Assembly (NCBI GenBank): GCA_009995365.1
Contig: JAACPR010000001.1
Span: 30,680-94,679 of the forward strand
Source of the DNA: Candidatus Parcubacteria bacterium
Lineage (GTDB): Bacteria > Patescibacteriota > Minisyncoccia > Phycocordibacterales > JAACPR01
Direction of reading: 5' to 3'
DNA length: 64,000 bases
Shown here: piece by piece, positions 57,993-64,000 of the stretch
Numbering within the stretch: the first letter of the stretch is position 1
How the letters are laid out: the number at the start of each line of letters is the position of its first letter
Position numbers and translations under genes: made by a program
The notes under the pieces: generated by a model
What the model was told of the DNA's origin: nothing
The model's database searches: none
What the model saw: only the letters and a program-made list of their open reading frames with translations

Positions 57993-58917
57993 AAACAAAA
58001 AAGAAATATTTTATTCTGTGCTACTTATGGTAATACCACTTACTATCCTTTTCTCTACTTATTTTATAAGCAAAGAAAAGAAAGACGACTTCGCAATAAC
58101 AAAAGATACTGAAATTATAGAAGAAGAAGTTAATGTATTTGAATCTTTAAAAATAGAAGGACAGGCAGCGATTGTAAAAGATATAAATACTGGTGAAATA
58201 CTATATGCCAAAAACCCAGATGTATCATTGCCCTTGGCTTCAATTACAAAAATACTAACTGTTTTAACTGTAGATAAACTATCAGACAATAATATGGTTA
58301 ATATAACTTTAGAAGATATATTAACTGAAGGTAATAGTAGTCTATTGGTAGGAGAGAATTTTAATAAGCAAGACTTAATAGATTTAACTTTGTCCGTATC
58401 ACTAAACGACGGAGCAGCTGCATTGGCCAGTAACGCCATTGGTTCATTAAATTTAAATGGTCCAGAAAATATTTTTATAAACGAAATGAATAAATTAGCC
58501 CAAGAGATTGGTATGACCAGATCAAAATTTTATAATGAAACAGGTCTAGATGAAAATGAAAAAAGTGCTGGTGCTTATGGCTCTGCAAGTGATATAGCTA
58601 AATTATTTGAATATGCGATTTCTACAAACAAAGATTTATTTAAAGCAACTGCTGAAAGTGATTTAACGATAACATCAAGAGAAGGCTTTATTCACAATGC
58701 AACAAACACAAACAAGATTGTTGATAAGCTACCAAATCTTTTAGCTGGTAAAACTGGCCACACTGACCTCGCTGGTGGTAATTTAGCTGTTGTGATTGAT
58801 CCGTCACTAAATAGGCCGGTGGTAATTGTTGTGCTTGGATCTTCGGTAGATGGTAGATTCATAGATGTCGAAAAATTATCAGATAAAACAATAGAATATT
58901 TTAAAAATAAAAAATAA
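57982..58917 (+). CDS. dacA: D-alanyl-D-alanine carboxypeptidase (peptidase S11, PBP5/6-like)
   Basis: SxxK 'LASITK', SxN 'SLNDGA', 'KTGHT'; N-terminal TM/signal. Confidence 0.85.
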   Translation: MINKNKKEIFYSVLLMVIPLTILFSTYFISKEKKDDFAITKDTEIIEEEVNVFESLKIEGQAAIVKDINTGEILYAKNPDVSLPLASITKILTVLTVDKLSDNNMVNITLEDILTEGNSSLLVGENFNKQDLIDLTLSVSLNDGAAALASNAIGSLNLNGPENIFINEMNKLAQEIGMTRSKFYNETGLDENEKSAGAYGSASDIAKLFEYAISTNKDLFKATAESDLTITSREGFIHNATNTNKIVDKLPNLLAGKTGHTDLAGGNLAVVIDPSLNRPVVIVVLGSSVDGRFIDVEKLSDKTIEYFKNKK

Positions 58918-58919
58918 CC

Positions 58920-59996
58920 ATGATTGAAATTTTAAGTGTAGTAAAAGTAATATTACCAGCAGCATTAACTTTCCTAATTGGAATTATGCTAACGCCTCAT
59001 GTCGCCGATTTCTTGTATAAAAATAAAATGTGGAAAAAGAAATCAGGAAAATTGGATACGGCCGGAAATGCCACACCTGTTTATGACAAATTATATGAAA
59101 AAAGAGATGTTGGAACACCTAGAATGGGTGGGGTGATTATCTGGCTAAGTGCTTTTATTATTATTTCTCTGTTTTGGTTATTAGCCCGTTTTTCTCCTTT
59201 CGAAATTTTCGAAAAATTAGAATTTTTGAGTCGTGATCAAACATGGATTCCACTTGCTGCACTTATGATTGGCGCTTTCGTTGGCTTACTGGATGACTGG
59301 CTAGAGATTAGAGGATCCAGAGACAATGTCTCTGGTGGGTTATCTGCAAAAAAGCGTTTAGCTGTTGTAGGCTTGATAGGTTTACTAGTTTCAACATGGT
59401 TTTATATAAAATTGGGAGTCAGTGCAATTGGAATACCTTTCTTTGGATTATTAAATATCGGTTTTCTAATTATTCCACTTTTTACAATTGTAATAATAAT
59501 AATTTACTCAGGAGGAGTGATCGACGGATTAGATGGATTGTCAGGCGGTGTCTTAGCATCAATGTTTTCGGCTTATGGAATAATAGCTTTTGCTTATGAC
59601 CAAATTAACCTTGCAGCATTTTGTGCGGCTATTGTAGGAGCACTTCTAGCATTTTTGTGGTTCAACATTCCACCTGCAAGATTTTACATGTCAGAGACGG
59701 GGAGTATGGCTTTAACTATTGTTTTAGCGATTGTTGCTTTTATGACAGATGCATTGGTTGGAGGAGTAGGGTTATTTGTATTACCAATTATAGCTTTTCC
59801 TTTAATTGCGACTGCAGGTTCTTCTTTTTTACAAATTATGTCCAAGAAAATTCGTGGTAAGAAAATTTGGTTAGCAGCACCACTACATCACCATTTCGAA
59901 GCAATAGGTTGGCCAGCTACCAAAGTCGTCATGCGTTATTGGGTAATATCCATTATTTTTGCATCAATTGGCATTATTATCGCTTTGATAGGATAA
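58920..59996 (+). CDS. mraY: phospho-N-acetylmuramoyl-pentapeptide transferase
   Basis: 10-TM protein; 'LLDDWLEI', 'FNIPPARFYMSETGSMALT', 'PLHHHFE'. Confidence 0.88.
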   Translation: MIEILSVVKVILPAALTFLIGIMLTPHVADFLYKNKMWKKKSGKLDTAGNATPVYDKLYEKRDVGTPRMGGVIIWLSAFIIISLFWLLARFSPFEIFEKLEFLSRDQTWIPLAALMIGAFVGLLDDWLEIRGSRDNVSGGLSAKKRLAVVGLIGLLVSTWFYIKLGVSAIGIPFFGLLNIGFLIIPLFTIVIIIIYSGGVIDGLDGLSGGVLASMFSAYGIIAFAYDQINLAAFCAAIVGALLAFLWFNIPPARFYMSETGSMALTIVLAIVAFMTDALVGGVGLFVLPIIAFPLIATAGSSFLQIMSKKIRGKKIWLAAPLHHHFEAIGWPATKVVMRYWVISIIFASIGIIIALIG

Positions 59997-60062
59997 GTTT
60001 TTAAACATTTAAACAGAAGTTTTGCACAAGAAAATACTATTTAAAAAAGTTATAATAATGAA

Positions 60063-61172
60063 ATGACTAATAAATACAAAGTCGACAAACCACTCCTAAT
60101 AATAATATTACTTTTAACAACTTTTGGTATCTTTACTTTTCTTTCTGCGTCGCTTGGACTATTGGCAAAAGATGGTGTTCAATATTCTAGTGTTGTTGTT
60201 AACCAGCTTGGTTTTGGATTGATTGGTGGGCTAATTTTGATGTTTATTACATCTAAAATTCCATATAAATTTTGGAAAATATATTCTTTTTGGTTTATTT
60301 TAGGTGCGATATTTTTAACTTTGTTAGTTTTTGTCCCAGGAATTGGATTTGAATTTGCGGGAGCAAAAAGATGGATTCATATTGGTTCAATATCTATCCA
60401 ACCATCAGAATTTTTGAAATTTGCATATCTTTTCTATGTTGCCGCATGGCTCTCACTTGCAACAGCAAAAAACAAGATAGAGACTTTTAAATTTGGAACT
60501 TTGCCGTTCTTAACGATCTCTTTTATTGTAGGTATTATATTGGCGTTACAACCTGACAACGACACTATGGCTATAATATTATTAGCTGGAGGTGTTATGT
60601 ATTTTGTCTCTGGTGCTAATTTAAAACACATACTGATTGTTGGTTTTCTGGCTCTGATTGCTTTTTCAACTATTATTTATAACAGACCATACATAGTAGA
60701 CAGAATAGTTACTTTTATAAACCCTGCCTCTGATCCGCTCTCATCTGGATACCAAATTCAGCAATCATTAATTGCGATAGGATCAGGTGGTTTTACCGGT
60801 CGCGGTTTTGGACAAAGTATTCAAAAATTCAACTTTTTACCAGAGCCGATCGGGGATTCTATTTTTGCAGTAATTTCAGAAGAATTCGGTTTTGTTGGGG
60901 CCACCTTTTTAGTTTTGATGTTTGTGGCACTTTTAATCCAAAGTATTAGAATTAGCCTAATGAGTAAGGATAGTTTTGGTGGACTACTCATGATAGGAAT
61001 TGCTATACTTATAGTATCTCAGTCGTTTTTAAATATTGCTTCGATGTTGGGTATTTTCCCGTTATCAGGACTACCGTTATTATTTGTAAGTCATGGAGGA
61101 ACAGCATTATTATTTACACTAGCGGCTTCGGGTATAATGCTTAATATTTCAAAATTTAAAAAACAGCAATAA
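60063..61172 (+). CDS. ftsW: SEDS-family peptidoglycan glycosyltransferase (FtsW/RodA)
   Basis: Multi-TM; 'GAKRWIHIGSISIQPSEFLKFAYLFY', 'QPDNDTMAI', 'AVISEEFGFVG', 'PLSGLPLLFVSHGGTA'. Confidence 0.85.
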   Translation: MTNKYKVDKPLLIIILLLTTFGIFTFLSASLGLLAKDGVQYSSVVVNQLGFGLIGGLILMFITSKIPYKFWKIYSFWFILGAIFLTLLVFVPGIGFEFAGAKRWIHIGSISIQPSEFLKFAYLFYVAAWLSLATAKNKIETFKFGTLPFLTISFIVGIILALQPDNDTMAIILLAGGVMYFVSGANLKHILIVGFLALIAFSTIIYNRPYIVDRIVTFINPASDPLSSGYQIQQSLIAIGSGGFTGRGFGQSIQKFNFLPEPIGDSIFAVISEEFGFVGATFLVLMFVALLIQSIRISLMSKDSFGGLLMIGIAILIVSQSFLNIASMLGIFPLSGLPLLFVSHGGTALLFTLAASGIMLNISKFKKQQ

Positions 61173-61177
61173 TTATT

Positions 61178-62305
61178 ATGAAAATACTTTTTACAGGAGG
61201 AGGAACAGGAGGACACTTTTATCCAATAATCGCAGTCGCACAAGCAATGCGAGAAGTTTCCAAAGAACAAAAACTTTTGGATCAGGATTTATATTTTATA
61301 GGCCCAGACCCATACAATAAAAAAATTCTTTTTGATAATAAAATAACATATAAAAATGTTCCAGCTGGAAAAATTCGCAGATACTTTTCTCTTTTAAATG
61401 TGGTTGATCTTTTCAAAACCGGAATTGGAATTTTGAAAGCAGTTTGGACTGTCTTTTGGATTTATCCAGATGTAATCTTTAGCAAAGGTGGCTACGGAAG
61501 TTTCCCTGTAGTTTTGATTGGTAGATTTCTCGGTATTCCAATTATAATTCACGAATCAGATAGCACACCAGGTGTTGTTAACAAGTGGGCAGGGAAGTTC
61601 GCTGATAAAGTTGCTGTTTCCTATCCTGAAGCAGGAGAATTTTTTATAAAAGAAAAAGTTGCTTGGACTGGTAACCCTGTCAGAAAAGAAATTGCAAATG
61701 TTGTGAAAGATGGGGCTGCTGAATATCTCGACTTAGAAAGAGATGTTCCTGTAATATTAATACTTGGTGGATCACAAGGGTCTGAAATTATAAACGAAGC
61801 GATAATCGACGCTTTACCGAAATTAATAAGCGATTACCAAATCATCCACCAAACCGGCAAGAAAAATTTTGAATTAGTCAAAAATACTGCCGACGTTGTT
61901 ATGGGAGATGATGAGCATAAATATAGATACCACGCTTACCCTTATTTAGATGACCTTGCAATGAAAATGTCTGCTGGTGCCTCTGATATAATTATTAGTC
62001 GTGCAGGTTCAACATTATTTGAAATATCAACTTGGCAAAGACCCGCCATAATAATTCCTATTACAAAATCAAATAGGAACCACCAAAAAATTAACGCATA
62101 CACTTATGCTAGATTTGGTGGCGGAACTGTAATCGAAGAAAGGAACTTATCAGATGATATAATAGTGAATGAAATAAACCGAATATTAACTAACGAAGAC
62201 ATTAAAAACAAAATGATTGAAGGTGCCAAAAAATTTGCAAAGCCGAACGCAGCAAAAACAATCGCGGAAGAAATTTTAGAAACCGCACTAAGACATCAAA
62301 AATAA
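61178..62305 (+). CDS. murG: undecaprenyldiphospho-muramoylpentapeptide beta-N-acetylglucosaminyltransferase
   Basis: 'ILFTGGGTGGHFYPIIAVAQAM', 'ILGGSQGS', 'ISRAGSTLFE'. Confidence 0.9.
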   Translation: MKILFTGGGTGGHFYPIIAVAQAMREVSKEQKLLDQDLYFIGPDPYNKKILFDNKITYKNVPAGKIRRYFSLLNVVDLFKTGIGILKAVWTVFWIYPDVIFSKGGYGSFPVVLIGRFLGIPIIIHESDSTPGVVNKWAGKFADKVAVSYPEAGEFFIKEKVAWTGNPVRKEIANVVKDGAAEYLDLERDVPVILILGGSQGSEIINEAIIDALPKLISDYQIIHQTGKKNFELVKNTADVVMGDDEHKYRYHAYPYLDDLAMKMSAGASDIIISRAGSTLFEISTWQRPAIIIPITKSNRNHQKINAYTYARFGGGTVIEERNLSDDIIVNEINRILTNEDIKNKMIEGAKKFAKPNAAKTIAEEILETALRHQK

Positions 62306-62307
62306 TT

Positions 62308-63726
62308 ATGCTTAAAATATTTAACTTTTTAAAAAACAATAAAGATGAAACTGGCGTCAGAAAAACTACTGACCAGGGTAGCCAAATTGTGACCAGGATC
62401 GCCCCTTCACCAACCGGAGTATTACATGTTGGAACTGCTAGAACTGCGCTTTTTAATTATTTATATGCAAAGCAAAATAACGGAAAATTTATTGTAAGAA
62501 TAGAAGATACAGACAAAGAGCGAAGCACTAAGGAATTTGAAAAAGATATTTTAGATTCACTAGAGTGGCTCGGCTTGGATCATGATGAATTTTATAGACA
62601 ATCAGAACGAGGAGAAATTTATAGAAAATACATAGAAAAATTAACCGAGGAAGGAAAAGCATACATTTCAAAAGAAGAAGCTAAAGAAGAAGGACAAAGG
62701 TCCGAAGTGATTAGGTTTAAAAATCCAAATAAAGAAATAATTTTTGAAGATCTAGTTCGTGGTGAAATTTCATTCGATACTACAGAATTAGGAGATTTTA
62801 TTATTGCAAAATCGGTAGACGAACCACTCTATCATCTAGCGGTCGTAGTCGACGATCACGAGATGGGTGTAACTCATATTTTTCGAGGAGAAGACGGTAT
62901 TTCTAACACCCCTAGACAAATCCTAATCCAAGACGCAATCGGCGCACAGAGGCCAAAATACGCCCATTTACCACTAATTCTAGGCCCTGATAAGTCAAAA
63001 TTATCAAAAAGACATGGTGCGACATCACTAAACGCTTTTAGAGAGCAAGGATATTTCAAAGAAGCGATTCTAAATCATCTAGCATTTCTAGGATGGAACC
63101 CTGGTGATGAACGAGAAATATTTTCTCTGGAAGAACTGATTAAGGATTTTGATATAAAAAAAGTTAGTAAAGGTGGAGCAGTATTCAACATTGAAAAATT
63201 AGATTGGTTTAATAAACACTATCTAGAAAACTTGAACGATGAAGAAATATTAAAAGTAGCCAAAGAGAGAATCAAAGAAAAAATGAAGTCTTCGGTCGCA
63301 GATTATAACGAAGAAATAATTTCAAAACTAATTCCACTGATCAGAGAACGAATTGAAAAATTTAGCGACTTAGATAAATTAATCGAGGAAGGGGAGTTTG
63401 ATTACTATTTTAAAGAGCCAATTTTGAGTGAGCCAGAAAAACTTATCTGGAAAAAATCAGACAAAGAAAAAACAACACAACATTTAGAAAAAGTCAAAGA
63501 AATAATTTCTGAAAATGAAGAAAAAAATAACCCTGACGAAGCAAAAGAATTGCTTTGGAATTATGCCGAAGAAGTAGGGAAGGGTGATGTGTTGTGGCCT
63601 ACTCGCTATGCACTTTCCGGTCGTGATAAATCTCCGGATCCATTTACATTAATCAGTATTTTAGGAAAAGAAAAAACTTTACAAAGAATTATTAACGCGA
63701 TTGATAAATTAAATGGTAATAATTAA
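62308..63726 (+). CDS. gltX: glutamyl-tRNA synthetase
   Basis: 'VTRIAPSPTGVLHVGTARTALFNYLYAKQNNGKFIVRIEDTD' (HIGH region), 'KLSKRHG' (KMSKS). Confidence 0.9.
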   Translation: MLKIFNFLKNNKDETGVRKTTDQGSQIVTRIAPSPTGVLHVGTARTALFNYLYAKQNNGKFIVRIEDTDKERSTKEFEKDILDSLEWLGLDHDEFYRQSERGEIYRKYIEKLTEEGKAYISKEEAKEEGQRSEVIRFKNPNKEIIFEDLVRGEISFDTTELGDFIIAKSVDEPLYHLAVVVDDHEMGVTHIFRGEDGISNTPRQILIQDAIGAQRPKYAHLPLILGPDKSKLSKRHGATSLNAFREQGYFKEAILNHLAFLGWNPGDEREIFSLEELIKDFDIKKVSKGGAVFNIEKLDWFNKHYLENLNDEEILKVAKERIKEKMKSSVADYNEEIISKLIPLIRERIEKFSDLDKLIEEGEFDYYFKEPILSEPEKLIWKKSDKEKTTQHLEKVKEIISENEEKNNPDEAKELLWNYAEEVGKGDVLWPTRYALSGRDKSPDPFTLISILGKEKTLQRIINAIDKLNGNN

Positions 63727-64000
63727 TTACAAAAAAATATTAGGAAAAAAACCAACCATAATTATTTTATCTGCAATTTTGATATTGATTTCCGCTTTGG
63801 CAATAAAACAAGATAATTTTGTCTTTGCTAATACAGAAGTAGACCAACTTAATCAGCAAATTTCAGAAAAAGAAAGAGAATTGGATCGTATTAATGCTGA
63901 AATTCGCCGTTTGGAAGCATCGGCAACTGATGCTAATAATAAATCTAAATCACTTCAAAATACCATAAACGCCTTGGAAGCTTCTAAAAGAAAAATTACT
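63713..64000 (+). CDS. N-terminal fragment of a membrane-anchored coiled-coil protein; runs off the window end, ATG overlaps the gltX 3' end by 14 nt
   Basis: Open frame from ATG 63713 'MVIINYKKILGKKPTIIILSAILILISALAIKQDNFVFANTEVDQLNQQISEKERELDRINAEIRRLEASATDANNKSKSLQN...' (signal anchor + coiled coil). Confidence 0.45.
   Translation, partial: MVIINYKKILGKKPTIIILSAILILISALAIKQDNFVFANTEVDQLNQQISEKERELDRINAEIRRLEASATDANNKSKSLQNTINALEASKRKIT

Overview
This is a dense, AT-rich (~30% GC by eye) bacterial chromosome segment that is almost entirely housekeeping genes, nearly all on the + strand. The standard genetic code applies (TGA is used as a stop, including in ATGA stop/start overlaps). Gene content suggests a small-genome, CPR/Patescibacteria-like organism: compact aaRSs, an archaeal-type AspRS, a uvrC lacking the HhH domain, many tightly coupled genes and weak SD sequences. 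This placement is inference, not proof. Recognised genes: rpoB(partial)-rpoC-dnaG-rpoD; a UvrD-like helicase fused to a Cas4/AddB-like nuclease; DsbA-like; uppP; a DEDD exonuclease; hisS; a bPH/MscS membrane cluster; a LOG-family protein; tgt; a uvrB-uvrA-uvrC cluster interrupted by two GC-elevated foreign-looking genes (a short-type NMP kinase and a DUF336/GlcG-like protein); two Nudix genes; ddl; tRNA-Ala(UGC); ychF; leuS; mltG; mnmA; an ATP-cone+Mrr-like nuclease; alaS; infA-rpmJ-rpsM-rpsK-rpsD-rpoA-rplQ-rplM-rpsI; grpE-dnaK-dnaJ; a histidine kinase; trpS; aspS; scpA; scpB; dacA-like; mraY; ftsW; murG; gltX. No CRISPR array, transposase or integrase was seen. The most striking observation is a complete Nudix hydrolase domain, with a near-perfect Nudix box, inserted in-frame inside the leucyl-tRNA synthetase gene (~33490-33940). 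Secondary candidates are the ATP-cone/Mrr nuclease fusion and the two GC-rich islands flanking uvrA.
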